Source of the DNA: Takakia lepidozioides
Taxonomy: Eukaryota > Plantae > Bryophyta
Direction of reading: 5' to 3'
DNA length: 64,000 bases
Assembly: GCA_030704615.1 (NCBI GenBank)
Contig: CM060733.1
Span: 42,160,001 to 42,224,000, forward strand
Within the stretch, counting starts at the first letter, position 1. Each line of letters begins with the position of its first letter. Below, one piece after another: positions 13,634-25,348 of this stretch. The translations under genes were made by a program, and so were the position numbers. The notes beneath the pieces were generated by a model, which worked only from the letters and a program-made list of their open reading frames with translations, was not told the DNA's origin and did no database searches.

Positions 13634-14616
13634 TGTTGGAGGACTGTCTGGGACTTAGACACTTTTACTAGATCTGTGGGGTACCCTTAATTTTTGCACA
13701 GACTGAGACCAACATGAGCCTTAGGGGTGACAGCAGCGCACTTTAGAAGGGGGTTACACAGCCCGTCACAGTCCGACACAGCCAACACAGTCGTCACAGC
13801 CCGACACAGCCCGACACAGCCAACACAGCCGTCACAGCCCGACACAGCCGTCACAGCCGTCACAGCCAACACAGTCGTCACAGTCCGACACAGCCCGACA
13901 CAACCACACAGTCGCACAGCCAGTCACAGCTTGACACAGCTGTCACGACCATAGGGAACGGATAGCAGGACAGGGAACGACTGTGGGGAACAACACTTGC
14001 GAATGGAACATGTTAGTTCACGGATGACGGTTAGTGAGGGAAACGGTTAGAACAACGGGTAGGAAGATAAAGCCAGGAGCAAGGACTGGAAAAGGATCGC
14101 TTCTTGGATCACTTCGGGGGGGGGAATCACTTCTTGGAGGAACTTCGGACATCACTGGGGGAAATGAGGAGAGAACGTATCTCGGAGCAGAAAGAGGGAG
14201 AGCACGGAGTAGGAGGAGGATCTGTTGATGCTTAATGAATGCAGGCAGTAGAATTGTAATGTAGAGCAGATTATAGACTCCATGGCTTCAGCCTGATACT
14301 TGATAGATATTAATCTGATACACACTTCATACTCACACTGTGTAGAGAGATCTGAGTGAAGCTGTGGAATGAATGGATGAGTTGATGGAATCCGATAGAT
14401 TGATGAAGCAAACTGATACTTAATTACCAACAGTAAGGTAACTAGCTAACATGAATGCAGGAAGGAAAACAAAGAGGAAACACCCCCATGATACACTAGC
14501 TGTAGATCATGACTGATTGTTCTGAGCGGGCTGAGTACTTAGAGATTTCCAACTCTTCTATCTTGGAGTTTCCGCCTCGGATAGCGAAGGGATGGGTGAG
14601 TAAAAGCCGCGCGACA
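13634..14616 (+). repeat. 5' LTR of B copy 1, with an internal ACAGCC-rich simple repeat (~13755-13950)
   Basis: Homologous to 17190-18526 and 25241-26243 (minus). Confidence 0.9.
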
Positions 14617-14618
14617 TT

Positions 14619-14636
14619 TGGCGACCATACTGGGGA
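14619..14636 (+). promoter_or_regulatory. PBS of family B (Tat/Ogre type, probably tRNA-Arg)
   Basis: TGGCGACCATACTGGGGA 2 nt after the LTR end; same sequence on minus at 25221-25238. Confidence 0.8.
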
Positions 14637-14709
14637 ACTGGGTCATGAACAACCAGATGTGACAGGCATCTGGTAGGATCATGGTGGTTGGAGAATTAAA
14701 GAATTTGAT

Positions 14710-15204
14710 GTGAATCAAATTCCTTGTAAAACTGAGAAGGAAAGATTGTCCAAACGATTCTTCCAAAGGTTTTTGGAATTGCCAGACGGTTGTAAAGAAA
14801 ACATTCTTAAGAGAGTGCATGATGCTGACCCTGAGTGGGGTCTCGAGAAAGGAGTGATAAAGATTTATCAGGTGGCCTGTAGAGGAAGAGCACGTTGGTT
14901 ACCAACATTGGTTTATGTGATAGCATTGCTATCCATTAAGCAAGTAGAGTTTGAAGGCTGGGAGGAAAGAAAGGTGAATGTTTATACTCATATGCATGAA
15001 GAGCTTGTACTGATAAAGAATTGGATTCCAAAGGATATTTTGTGGATCAAACTCACACCAAGAACAACTTTCCAGACTTGTTTGCCATATGGTTATATGG
15101 TAACGGAGACTTCAAGTATAGCCAAGGGTGCATTGAAGCTTGAAAGAAACCCAGGCATATACGAGAGATATTACAGAAGAGAGTTTTGGTTATTGCCACA
15201 TTAA
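14710..15204 (+). CDS. Extra ORF upstream of gag in family B, function unknown (start uncertain)
   Basis: Also open in the copy at 24653-25348; lies between PBS and gag. Confidence 0.6.
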   Translation: MNQIPCKTEKERLSKRFFQRFLELPDGCKENILKRVHDADPEWGLEKGVIKIYQVACRGRARWLPTLVYVIALLSIKQVEFEGWEERKVNVYTHMHEELVLIKNWIPKDILWIKLTPRTTFQTCLPYGYMVTETSSIAKGALKLERNPGIYERYYRREFWLLPH

Positions 15205-15220
15205 AAAGAAATGATGGGAC

Positions 15221-17189
15221 ATGAGTGATGAAAGAGAAGCTAGACGCCAGAGATATTCAGCAAAAAGAGAAAGCTATCTGAAAGTTAATTATCCATATCT
15301 TTGGGAGAGAGGAATAGACATAGGGGAATCATCTGGACCTCTCACACCATTAAGATCAAAGAGTACATCACCCATACCGGAAGAACTAGAGTTGGATGCC
15401 ACTCCTTATGTTTCTTTGCAAGAAAGATTAAGGGAATTGGTACGGGAAGAAGATCAATCACAAGGTGAAAGATCTGAGGTACATCCCTGGATAAAAGATT
15501 TGACAGAAATCTTTGATAAGAGTTGGCATGGAACACCAAAAGCAGGAACTCCAGTTTCTGAAGCGGAAGGTGAAGAAGGAGGAGAGGATGTGGCAGAGCC
15601 AACGGAGAGTTCAGACTCTCCAACACCATTGCAGTTGAGTTACATGAGTGAAGAAGAAACCCAAGGGCAGAACTTGGAGGATGAAAACAAAGAGAAGAAA
15701 TTGGAAGAGGAAGAATATGAAGAAGTAGACCCAACAGCTGAGGTTGAGACTACAACCAGGACATCCCAACCCGTTGGACCTGGATCAAGTGGAGCACTTG
15801 GATCACAGGCCAACGAAGGTGTCGGCTCAGGGGGATCAGGCGGGCTGCCTGGATCTGGCTCTGGGGGACAGGGAGTGTGGGAAGTAGTGCAACTTAAGCT
15901 GGGAATATTGTGAATATCGTGGGGCCAGAAGCAGGGAGTGCTCAAGGGCCACCACTTGGTGGAAGATCCACCACAACAACAACAGGTCCAGAAGGACCAG
16001 CACCAGCAAGGGTGCCAGCACCTGTCAGTGGGCAGAAGGTAGGGCAACAGATGGCGTTACAACCAACACGGGCAAAACCACCTTTTCCAATATATTCAGG
16101 AAAAGGGGATCCCGATGTACACATTAGCCAATTTGAGCACATGTGTATAGTGAACAATGAGAATGGCGATGATGCCAAGATGAAATTGTTTCCTTGTTCA
16201 CTTATCAAGAAAGCAAGTGAATGCTATGCAAGATTCCCTGATAATCATTTCCTAACCTGGAATGGCTTGAATATAGCATTCCGAAATAGGTTCTATACCC
16301 TTCAACTGAGGATGAAGTGTATGGAAGTTTACAACAGTTAAAGCAAAAGAAGCATGAAATTGTTGAGGAGTATATGGAAAAGATGGAATTGATGATGAAA
16401 AAGCTGGCTGCAGTACCAGCACCAGGTTTACATAAGACTTGGTTTGTGAGTGGACTAAGACCAGAGTTGCAAAAGAAAGTGGATATGTTACCCTATAATA
16501 TAGTGGAGGAGGCATTTGAAATTGCAAACAGAATTGAGCAATTGGGAATGCTCAGGAGAGAGAAAAGGGATGATGAGGACTCTGAGGATGAGTCAAATGA
16601 AGAAGAAGAGCAAGAACTAAAAAGGAAGAGTAAGAGAAAGGAGAAGTTGAAGAGGGATAACTATGAGAAAAGATTGGAAGAAATCTTGAAGAAGTATGCC
16701 ACAGAGGCTGCAACACATTGGAGGAAGGGTGTATAGTGTGCAAAGTGCCAGAATGAAGGCCATACCACCACAGAATGCCACATGAAGGAGAAACACTGTA
16801 CTATCTGTAAAATGGATAACCATTCTACTGAGAATTGTTACTACAACAGAAGGACAGCTGCAAGAGAACCTAGGCAAGTAAGGGTGCATCAGGTGCGCCC
16901 CAGCCAAGAAGAAACAATGATCAGGACCACTATGGTAGGTCTGGTGGTTATAACAATGGCATGGAAGGGAGAGGTAATTCAAGAGGGAATTACCAAGGAA
17001 ATTCCAGAGGCAACTATCAGGGTAATCCAAGGGGGAATTACCAGCCCGGGAATCAGGATTACATAAATAATCCAAGAGCAGACCAAGGGCGAGGACCCAA
17101 TGGTGAAGAACTATGTTACTATTGTAATCAGCCAGGACATCACAAGGCAACCTGTTCATTCTGGACAAGACACCAGAATGAGATGAGAG
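15221..17189 (+). pseudogene. gag: gag of B copy 1, frameshifted and truncated
   Basis: YSGKGDPDVHI...LFPCSL gag core; CCHC knuckles; several indels relative to 22310-24631. Confidence 0.87.
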
Positions 17190-18526
17190 TGTCGCGCGGC
17201 TTTTATGCGACGTCCTTTTGCAGTGGTATACTGGATTTTCCGTTGCACGGTCACTTATTTCCATGAGCGGATCTAAAAAACCATGAGCGGACTTGTTACT
17301 GACGACATATCTTCGCCGCATTACATGATCTGGAACGTCCAAAAACGGCAAGGTCAAATAAAAAAACTATTATTTAAATACTTGTTTAATCTGCCGCATT
17401 TCCAAATTTGGAGGAGTCCGCTCATGAAATCCGCGTATCTTAGACTTCGGCTCACCGCTCATGCGGCTCATGGCTCATGGCTCATGGTTTCTGCTCATGA
17501 AATAGTAAACCTCCCTTCGCTATCCGAGGCGGAAACTCCAAGATAGAAGAGTTGGAAATCTCTAAGTACTCAGCCCGCTCAGAACAATCAGTCATGACCT
17601 ACAGCTAGTGTATCATGGGGGTGTTTCCTATTGGTTTTCCTTCCCGCATTCATGTTAGCTAGTTACCTTACTGCTGGTAATTAAGTATCAGTTTGCTTCA
17701 TCAATTTTATCGGATTCCATCAACTCATCAATTCATTCCACAGCTTCACTCAGATCTCTCTACACAGTGTGAGTATGAGGTGTGTATCAGATTAATATCT
17801 ATCAAGTATCAGGCTGAAGTCATGGAGTCTCTAATCTGCTCTACATTACAATTCTACTGCCTGCATTCATTAAGCATCAACAGATCCTCCTCCTACTCCG
17901 TGCTCTCCCTCTTTCTGCTCAGAGATACGCTCTCTCCTCCTTTCCCCCAGTGATGTCCGAAGTCTTCCCCAAGAAGTGCTCCTCCCACTCCTTCCAGCAG
18001 TGATTCTTCCCCCGAAGTCATCCAAGAAAATCCCTTTTTTCAGTCCTTGCTCCTAGCTTTATCTTCCTACCCGTTGTTCTAACCGTTTCCCTCACTAACC
18101 GTCGTCCGTGAACTAACATGTTCCATTCGCAGGTGTTGTTCCCCACAGTCGTTCCCTGTCCTGCTATCCGTTCCCTATGGTTGTGACAGCTGTGTCAAGC
18201 TGTGACTGGCTGTGTGAAACTGTGACCGGCTGTGTCGGGCTGTGGCTGGCTGTGCGACTGTGTTTGGCTGTGTCGGGCTGTGACTGGCTGTGTGGCTGTG
18301 TCGGCTGTGACGGGCTATGTTGGCTGTGATGGGCTGTGTCGGGCTGTGACTGGCTGTGTGGCTGTGTCGGCTATGACGAGCTGTGTTGGCTGTGACGAGC
18401 TGTGTAACCCTCCCTAAAGTGCGCTGCTGTCACCCCTAAGGCTCCTGTTGGTCTCAGTCTGTGCAAAAATTAAGGGTACCCCACAGATCCCGTATAAGTG
18501 TCTAAGTCCCAGACAGTCCTCTAACA
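17190..18526 (-). repeat. 3' LTR of a family B element, interrupted by a MULE end
   Basis: TGTCGCGCGGCTTTTA at 17190; ...CTCTAACA at 18526; PPT adjacent. Confidence 0.88.
17204..17513 (+). mobile_element. Isolated right end (~310 bp) of MULE family M inside an LTR
   Basis: Matches ~49720-50037, including GCTCATG heptamers and the terminal GAAATAGTAAACCTC. Confidence 0.9.
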
Positions 18527-18548
18527 TTACCCCTTCCCCTCTCAAAAA
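18527..18548 (-). promoter_or_regulatory. Polypurine tract of family B
   Basis: Minus strand TTTTTGAGAGGGGAAGGGGTAA abutting the LTR start TGTTAG. Confidence 0.85.
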
Positions 18549-18858
18549 GTCGTGTCCTCACGGTTTACTGATTGGGATTAGCAAACTTTTGTGAGCGAGC
18601 ACCTTTTTGACGTTGAGAGTTTCGTGGCGGACTGTGTGTACGAGCCCGATGTCTGTCACTGGTTGACGGAGATGATTGAACACTACCTGGATATGTGAGG
18701 CCCTCTGGAGGCTGATATCGAGGTAACCTTTCAGGCATAGGAGACCCCCGTCGCTTCTTTTCTGCCATCTGATTTGCATAGTCTTCTCCCATGTCAAAAG
18801 AGTCCGCTGAAGAAACAGTTGTATCAGAATCCTCATCGCCTCTCAGGTGTTTTAATTG

Positions 18859-19734
18859 TCAAACTTTTTGTGGAATCCTGTGGGGCATACAATGTTGTCT
18901 TACCATGTCTGGAAGTTTATATTTTAAAACTTGCTGTAAACGCTGAATGGCAAAATTGGTGAAGACCCTGAGCTCCTTGTTTGTCCAGGTGAGTGGGGTA
19001 CCAATGACTTGTGAATTGTGCAAGTATTTCCATGCCACATGTCCCTTATAGAAAATATCATCAATGCCGAATTTCTGTGTTAACAAATTGTTCCAGGCCT
19101 CATGAAACCATGAACGAATTTGAGAATCCTTTTGTATCATAACTTTTGCCTCATATAGGTACATATGAGGTGGCATTGAAGGTAAGACCCAATGATCCCC
19201 ACTGGAATAACTCAGAAAGCGCGATTGCATCTTGTGCTGCTCAATGTGATAACGTACCAGAAAACAAGCAGCGTAGTATAACCCGCATCCCATGACAATA
19301 CTTGCTACCTCCTTGGTCTTGGTATAAATGAATCCATGTACAACTTGGAAAGCAATTAATTCCTTCAACATGGTACCTGCCTCATGCCAGTACTATGCAA
19401 AGTGATGATCCTCAATTGGTCGATTGTTCGGAAGAACTTTAGTCCTAGTTGCCACTGGCAGCCATATGCGCATGATTTGATAGTAATGTGCCAATGACTG
19501 CGGAGGACTAAATTCTTTCCAAACCAAATCCAACACAATGGGAATTTGGTTGAAGGGCATAATCATAGCCCTACTATACTCCCTTGCAGCTGGAGTTTTA
19601 GGTGGGTTAAAAGCAGCATTGCCCCATACGTCAGACTGTGGTGTGGCTGTAGTAACAACAGGGTCAGCTACTGGCACAGTGACTTGTTGTGGTGTTGGTG
19701 GCACTGGCTCTTGTATCATTGGCATCTCCTGCAC
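18859..19734 (-). pseudogene. Accessory ORF segments (113 + 170 aa) in the 3' region of family B
   Basis: Same-frame ORFs 19393-19734 and 18859-19371, W/Y/H-rich, separated by a stop; no recognised domain. Confidence 0.45.
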
Positions 19735-20013
19735 CTGCTGTGAAGAAGATTAAAAAGCCAAAGTTCTGGCTTGTAAATAAGAAGTCATTAGCTGTTCCTC
19801 AGGTATATAGACTCTTTTGTCGATATCTGAAGTTAGGTCCTCCACTTGAGTCTGCAGTCCGTCTACATCCTCCTGTAACTCCGCTATCCTACTATAGACA
19901 TTGTCTATAGTAGTTGTGGCAATGTTCTGCACTTGCAGTCTGAGTCCATTCATCTCGCTTTGGGTGAGCTTTCGTGGTGCTTTGCCCTCCACTGGCCCTT
20001 GTGCTAACCAGAC

Positions 20014-20925
20014 CTACATAAGGTGGTTATCCACCAAGTTGCTTGTGGTTCCTCTGAGAGTGTGCTCCTCTCTGAGTTTGTACACATGTAACTGCTGTTG
20101 TAAAGCCTTCATGCGCTTCGCATGAGGTTCAACCAAATTCGCATAAGCAGCAAGCAGATTATTGGCTTCCTTCCAAGCCTTGTTAGTGACCGAGATTTCA
20201 TTTCTATTGGCCATGACCGTTTGTTGCAACTCCAGGATGTGCCTCTCTTGGTCAGCTTCAACCTGCCTGTATTGCTTGAAAGTATCCTCATTGCGACAGA
20301 TTGTATTCTTCATATCGACAATGAGTTTCATTTGCTCAACATTCTCTTCCTCTACCTTCGTACATTTTTCCGCTTGACTGTTTATTTCTTTTGTAGATTG
20401 GTCAAGCATAGTTGTGAGTGTAGCACATTGTATGGCCATCATGTCATGCTTTGTCTGCAACTCCATATGTAGTGCATTCACTTCTTGCAACTTGCTTTCA
20501 TGCTTCACCTGCATTTGGTATAGCTGTTGCTTATGTGCTTCTTGCAAGTGGTCTTGTGCGAGGCCTGCCTCGATCAATTGTTCCTTGGCCAATTGCAAAG
20601 CCGCTTCTGTACTCTCCAAGTCTTGCTGCATTTTGAGAGTGACCTCTTCATTGACCTTGTTTGCACACTCTGTGGCAAGTCGAGCCTCAAACTCTTTCCT
20701 GAGTTCCTCCCTCAAAGCTGCCAATTGAGTAGTGGGAACATGGGATTTGACATAAGTACCCAACAAATTCAGTGTCCTGCTTATGGAACTCATAAGCATA
20801 GCCTGTTGAGGGTCATCATGGCGAGTTTGCTGCTGTTCTCCCTGATCCTCAACAGTGTGATGCCTTACGAACCATTCAGGCCATTGCCCCACCAGATTTT
20901 CTTCCTGAACCACTTCATCCGTCAC
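20014..20925 (-). CDS. Accessory coiled-coil protein in the 3' region of family B
   Basis: 303 aa, E/Q/L/K-rich heptad-like sequence, same strand as gag; same frame as 20953-21633. Confidence 0.55.
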   Translation of the reverse strand: MTDEVVQEENLVGQWPEWFVRHHTVEDQGEQQQTRHDDPQQAMLMSSISRTLNLLGTYVKSHVPTTQLAALREELRKEFEARLATECANKVNEEVTLKMQQDLESTEAALQLAKEQLIEAGLAQDHLQEAHKQQLYQMQVKHESKLQEVNALHMELQTKHDMMAIQCATLTTMLDQSTKEINSQAEKCTKVEEENVEQMKLIVDMKNTICRNEDTFKQYRQVEADQERHILELQQTVMANRNEISVTNKAWKEANNLLAAYANLVEPHAKRMKALQQQLHVYKLREEHTLRGTTSNLVDNHLM

Positions 20926-20952
20926 TGGTGCTGCAGTGTCTTGGCATTCTAC

Positions 20953-21633
20953 CTATGGTACCTCCGTCACAGGTGTGTGTATTATATGCGCCGCAGGGTT
21001 TTCCTTGGACCACCGTTGCACCTCCGGAATCACTGTGTCCTTGACCATACCAGAATATTCATAGAGAAGGTCCCCCTTCTCAATTTCTGCCACCACCTGT
21101 TCTGTAGTGGGAATATCTAACCCTTCTTTTTCTAAATCAATTATTTCTGGTTGAACTGCATGGACAGCTTGTGGTAACCTTGTGACAAGCCACTCCTCTG
21201 GCTGTGATGGCTGTGATACTGAAGTAACTTCCTCTTCCCTCTCTGAAGGTCTTGCTTCCAGTAATAGCAGTTCTCTGTGCTGCTGTGCCCCTTCCTGCAC
21301 AAAAACTTGGGAAACATTATCATGCGGATTCCGTGAAGCCAGTGGATCCGCCACTACAGTCTTTCCCTGCCTCTGTCTCTTATTCTCGGGTTGCCCTGCC
21401 AGTCCACCCTCACTGTGTGAAGAGCCTTGGTCTTCCATTGCAGTGGTTTCTGGCTCAAACATTCCCATCTCCTTTCTTTCTCGCGCATCAAGTATGCCAG
21501 AATCAAGAATTATTTGAGCAATGATTGGGCCAGACACTATGATAGGAGACTTTGCGGCAGTACCTTGTAATCTTTTCATCTCCTCTACCAGTGCGTTGTA
21601 CATTATGTCCGCGACTTGCGCTCTGGCTATCAC
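20953..21633 (-). CDS. Accessory ORF fragment in the 3' region of family B (5' end lost at the junction)
   Basis: 226-aa open frame, acidic and partly disordered. Confidence 0.45.
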   Translation of the reverse strand: MIARAQVADIMYNALVEEMKRLQGTAAKSPIIVSGPIIAQIILDSGILDARERKEMGMFEPETTAMEDQGSSHSEGGLAGQPENKRQRQGKTVVADPLASRNPHDNVSQVFVQEGAQQHRELLLLEARPSEREEEVTSVSQPSQPEEWLVTRLPQAVHAVQPEIIDLEKEGLDIPTTEQVVAEIEKGDLLYEYSGMVKDTVIPEVQRWSKENPAAHIIHTPVTEVP

Positions 21634-21879
21634 TAAATTCGGGTGGCGGAAGGAGATGAGGAGAAGACCGCGTGCAGGACAAGGTATGGTTCATATGAGT
21701 TCTTGGTGATGCCTTTTGGGCTCACCAATGCACCAGCGACATTTAGCACGCTGATGAACAGCCTTTTCCAGGAGTGGTTGGATGACTTTGTGATCGTGTA
21801 CATCGACGACATCTTGGTGTACTCGAAAACAAAGGAGGAGCACCTGGAGCACCTCAAAAGGGTGTTCCAAAAATTGCGA
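21612..21879 (+). other. 268-bp RT fragment near-identical to element A (2508-2775)
   Basis: Encodes EEKTACRT...VMPFGL...YIDD; 2 mismatches at the left edge. Confidence 0.9.
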
Positions 21880-22343
21880 ATTAATACAGTTACTGTGATC
21901 ATAAAGATCATTTTCTGTATCTGTATCTTAACTCCTCTTATTAATCCCAATGGCTATACACTTCTTTGATCTGCCATTGTTACTGTAAATGGGGCTGGTT
22001 TCATGTTACTTAGACCAAGCTTCTTCCTTAATTGGTCTGTCATGATATTTACTCCAGAACCACCATCTATCAGTACATCAGTTAGTTCTGTGCTTCCAAT
22101 TCTCAATTGGATTACTGGCATAGAATCATCAAAGTCCATGACTGGTTCTCGCCCTTCCGGCTTCACATTATAACTGGTCACCTTGCTGTTCAGGTCTGTG
22201 TTTCCTGTCTCTTGGGCAATTCGATTGATTGCCTGATACAGCCTGTGCCTACAATAAGGTGCCACAGCTAATAGCTGTCCAATGGTAATTTCTGCTTTGG
22301 TCTGACATATTACTTCAGCCAAAGTCTCTTCATTACTTTGCAT
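21880..22343 (-). pseudogene. pol: Aspartic protease region of family B pol, truncated
   Basis: ITIGQLL...DVLIDGGSGVNIM...MADQ. Confidence 0.8.
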
Positions 22344-24631
22344 GTCTGCATCTTCTTTTTCCTTTCTTCCTCACTCCCCTCTTTTTCTCCATCCGAATCA
22401 GAGGAATCTGCCACAGGAATATCCGTACTCTTTTGCATTTCCCTTATAGTATCTGCCACTTCCTTGTGCAGTTCCTTCTCATCCTTCCAAGTCTCTTCAT
22501 CTTCAGGCATATCATTGCCACTTCCAGTCTCATCTTCCTCATCTTCTACTGGAGGTATTAGTTTGGCTTTACTTCTTGTTACTATCATTGTACTTACTTC
22601 TGGTACAACACATGGCCTAACCATGTGAGCTGCCACCACTGGGCCCTCATTCACAGGAGCTCTCATCTCATTCTGGTGTCTTATCCAGAATGAACAGGCT
22701 GCCTTGCGATGTCCTGGCTGATTACAATAGTAACATAGCTCTTCACCATTGGGTCCTCGCCCTTGGTCTGGTCTTGGATTATTTCTATAATCCTGATTCC
22801 CGGGCTGGTAATTCCCCCTTGGATTACCCTGATAGTTGCCTCTGGAATTTCCTTGGTCATTCCCTCTTGGATTACCTCTCCCTTCCATGCCATTGTTATA
22901 ACCACCAGACCTACCATAGTGGTCCTGATCATTGCTTCTTCTTGGCTGGGGCTGCACCTGATGCACCCTCACTTGCCTAGGTTCTCTTGCAGCTGTCCTT
23001 CTGTTGTAGTAACAATTCTCAGTAGAATGGTTATCCATTTTACATATAGTACAGTGTTTCTCCTTCATGTGGCATTCTGTAGTGGTATGGCCTTCATTCT
23101 GGCACTTTGCACACCATACACCCTTCCTCCAATGTGTTGCAGCCTCTGTGGCATACTTCTTCAAGATTTCTTCCAATCTTTTCTCATAGTTATCCCTCTT
23201 CAACTTTTCCTTTCTCTTACTCTTTCTTTTTAGTTCTTGCTCTTCTTCTTCATCTGACTCATCTTCAGAGTCCTCATCTTCCTTTTTCTCTCTCCTGAGC
23301 ATTCCCAATTGCTCAATTCTGTTTGCAGTTTCAAATGCCTCCTCCACTGTATTATGGGGTAACATATCCACTTTCTTCTGCAACTCTGGTCTTAGTCCAC
23401 TCACAAACCAAGTCTTCTGTAAACCGGGTGCTGGTACTGCAGCCAGCTTTTTCATCATCAATTCCATCTTCTCCATATACTCTTCAACAGTTTCATGCTT
23501 CTTCTGCTTCAGCTGTTGTAAACTTCCATACACTTCATCCTCAGTTTTACTTGTCCTGAACCTATTTCGAAATGCTGTATTCAAGCCATTCCAGGTTAGG
23601 AAATGATTATCAGGGAATCTTGCATACCATTCACTTGCTTTCTTGATAAGTGAGCAAGGAAACAGTCTCATCTTGGCATCATCGCCATTCTCATTGTTCA
23701 CTATACACATGTGCTCAAATTGGCTAATGTGTACATCAGGATCCCCTTTTCCTGAATATATTGGAAAGGGTGGTTTTGCCCGTGTTGGTTGTAACGCCAT
23801 CTGTGGCCCTACCTTCTGCCCACTGACAGGTGCTGGCACCCTTGCTGGTGCTGGTCCTTCTGGACTTGTTGTTTTTGTGGTGGATCTTCCACCAAGTGGT
23901 GGCCCTTGAGCACTCCCTGCTTCTGGCCCCACGATATTCACAGTATTCCCAGCTTCAGTTGCACTACTTCCCACACTCCCTGTCCCCCCAGAGCCAGATC
24001 CAGGCAGCCCGCCTGATCCCCCTGAGCCGACACCTTCGTTGGCCTGTGATCCAAGTGCTCCACTTGATCCAGGTCCAACGGGTTGGGATGTCCTGGTTGT
24101 AGTCTCAACCTCAGCTGTTGGGTCTACTTCTTCATATTCTTCCTCTTCTAATTTCTTCTCTCTGTTTTCATCCTCCAAGTTCTGCCCTTGGGTTTCTTCT
24201 TCACTCATGTAACTCAACTGTAATGGTGTTGGAGAGTCTGAACTCTCCGTTGGCTCTGCCACATCCTCATCTCCTTCTTCATCTTCTGCTTCAGAAACTG
24301 GAGTTCCTGCTTTTGGTGTTCCATGCCAACTCTTATCAAAGATTTCTGTCAAGTCTTTTATCCAAGGATGTACCTCAGATCTTTCACCTCGTGATTGATC
24401 TTCTTCCTGTACCAATTCCCTTAATCTTTCTTGCAAAGAAACAGAGGGAGTGGCATCCAACTCTAGTTCTTCCGGTATAGGTGATGCACTTTTTGATCTT
24501 GATGGTGTGAGAGGTCCAGATGATTCCCCTATGTCTATTCCTCTCTCCCAAAGATATGGATAATTAGCTTTCAGATAGCTTTCTCTTTTTGATGAATATC
24601 TTTGTCGTCTAGCTTCTCTTTCATCACTCAT
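22310..24631 (-). CDS. gag: gag of family B (773 aa) with three CCHC knuckles
   Basis: CAKCQNEGHTTTEC, CTICKMDNHSTENC, CYYCNQPGHRKAAC; RGNYQGN repeats. Confidence 0.88.
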   Translation of the reverse strand: MSDEREARRQRYSSKRESYLKANYPYLWERGIDIGESSGPLTPSRSKSASPIPEELELDATPSVSLQERLRELVQEEDQSRGERSEVHPWIKDLTEIFDKSWHGTPKAGTPVSEAEDEEGDEDVAEPTESSDSPTPLQLSYMSEEETQGQNLEDENREKKLEEEEYEEVDPTAEVETTTRTSQPVGPGSSGALGSQANEGVGSGGSGGLPGSGSGGTGSVGSSATEAGNTVNIVGPEAGSAQGPPLGGRSTTKTTSPEGPAPARVPAPVSGQKVGPQMALQPTRAKPPFPIYSGKGDPDVHISQFEHMCIVNNENGDDAKMRLFPCSLIKKASEWYARFPDNHFLTWNGLNTAFRNRFRTSKTEDEVYGSLQQLKQKKHETVEEYMEKMELMMKKLAAVPAPGLQKTWFVSGLRPELQKKVDMLPHNTVEEAFETANRIEQLGMLRREKKEDEDSEDESDEEEEQELKRKSKRKEKLKRDNYEKRLEEILKKYATEAATHWRKGVWCAKCQNEGHTTTECHMKEKHCTICKMDNHSTENCYYNRRTAAREPRQVRVHQVQPQPRRSNDQDHYGRSGGYNNGMEGRGNPRGNDQGNSRGNYQGNPRGNYQPGNQDYRNNPRPDQGRGPNGEELCYYCNQPGHRKAACSFWIRHQNEMRAPVNEGPVVAAHMVRPCVVPEVSTMIVTRSKAKLIPPVEDEEDETGSGNDMPEDEETWKDEKELHKEVADTIREMQKSTDIPVADSSDSDGEKEGSEEERKKKMQTCKVMKRLWLK

Positions 24632-24652
24632 GTCCCATGTCTTTCATTTCTT

Positions 24653-25348
24653 TTAATGTGGCAATAACCAAAACTCTCTTCTGTAATATCTCTCGTATAT
24701 GCCTGGATTTCTTTCAAGCTTCAATGCACCCTTGGCTATACTTGAAGTCTCCGTTACCATATAACCATATGGCAAACAAGTCTGAAAAGCTGTTCTTGGT
24801 GTGAGTTTGATCCACAAAATATCCTTTGGAATCCAATTCTTTACCAGTACAAGCTCTTCATGCATATGAGTATAAACATTCACCTTTCTTTCTTCCCAGC
24901 CTTCAAACTCTACTCGTTTAATGGATAGCAACGCTATCACATAAACTAATGTTGGTAACCAACGTGCTCTTCCTCTACAGGCTACCTGATAAATCTTTAT
25001 CACTCCTTTCTCCAGACCCCATTCTGGATCAGCATCATGCACTCGTTTAAGAATATTTTCTTTACATCCGTCTGGCAATTCCAAGAACCTTTGAAAGAAT
25101 TGTTTGGACAATCTTTCTTCCTTCGTTCCACAGGGAATTTGATTCACTTCAAATTCTTTAATGGTCCAACCACCATGATCCCACCAGATGCCTGTCACAT
25201 CTGGTTGTTCATGTCCCAGGTCCCCAGTATGGTCGCCAAATGTCGCGCGGCTTTTACTCACCCATCCCTTCGCTATCCGAGGCGGAAACTCCAAGATAGA
25301 AGAGTTGGAAATCTCTAAGTACTCAGCCCGCGCAGAACAATCAATCAT
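24653..25348 (-). CDS. Extra ORF upstream of gag in family B (start uncertain)
   Basis: Homolog of 14710-15204. Confidence 0.55.
   Translation of the reverse strand: MIDCSARAEYLEISNSSILEFPPRIAKGWVSKSRATFGDHTGDLGHEQPDVTGIWWDHGGWTIKEFEVNQIPCGTKEERLSKQFFQRFLELPDGCKENILKRVHDADPEWGLEKGVIKIYQVACRGRARWLPTLVYVIALLSIKRVEFEGWEERKVNVYTHMHEELVLVKNWIPKDILWIKLTPRTAFQTCLPYGYMVTETSSIAKGALKLERNPGIYERYYRREFWLLPH

Larger units (their letters stand above)
13634..17189 (+). mobile_element. Tat/Ogre-like Ty3/Gypsy family B, copy 1 (5' LTR, PBS, extra ORF, gag; truncated)
   Basis: LTR TGTTGG...GCGCGACA; PBS; gag homologous to 22310-24631. Confidence 0.88.

Noticed and set aside
13727-13954. Thr/Ala/His- or Cys/Val-rich ORFs in family B LTRs (also 18232-18417, 25869-26332)
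   Set aside because: Translations of the ACAGCC/GGCTGT simple repeat
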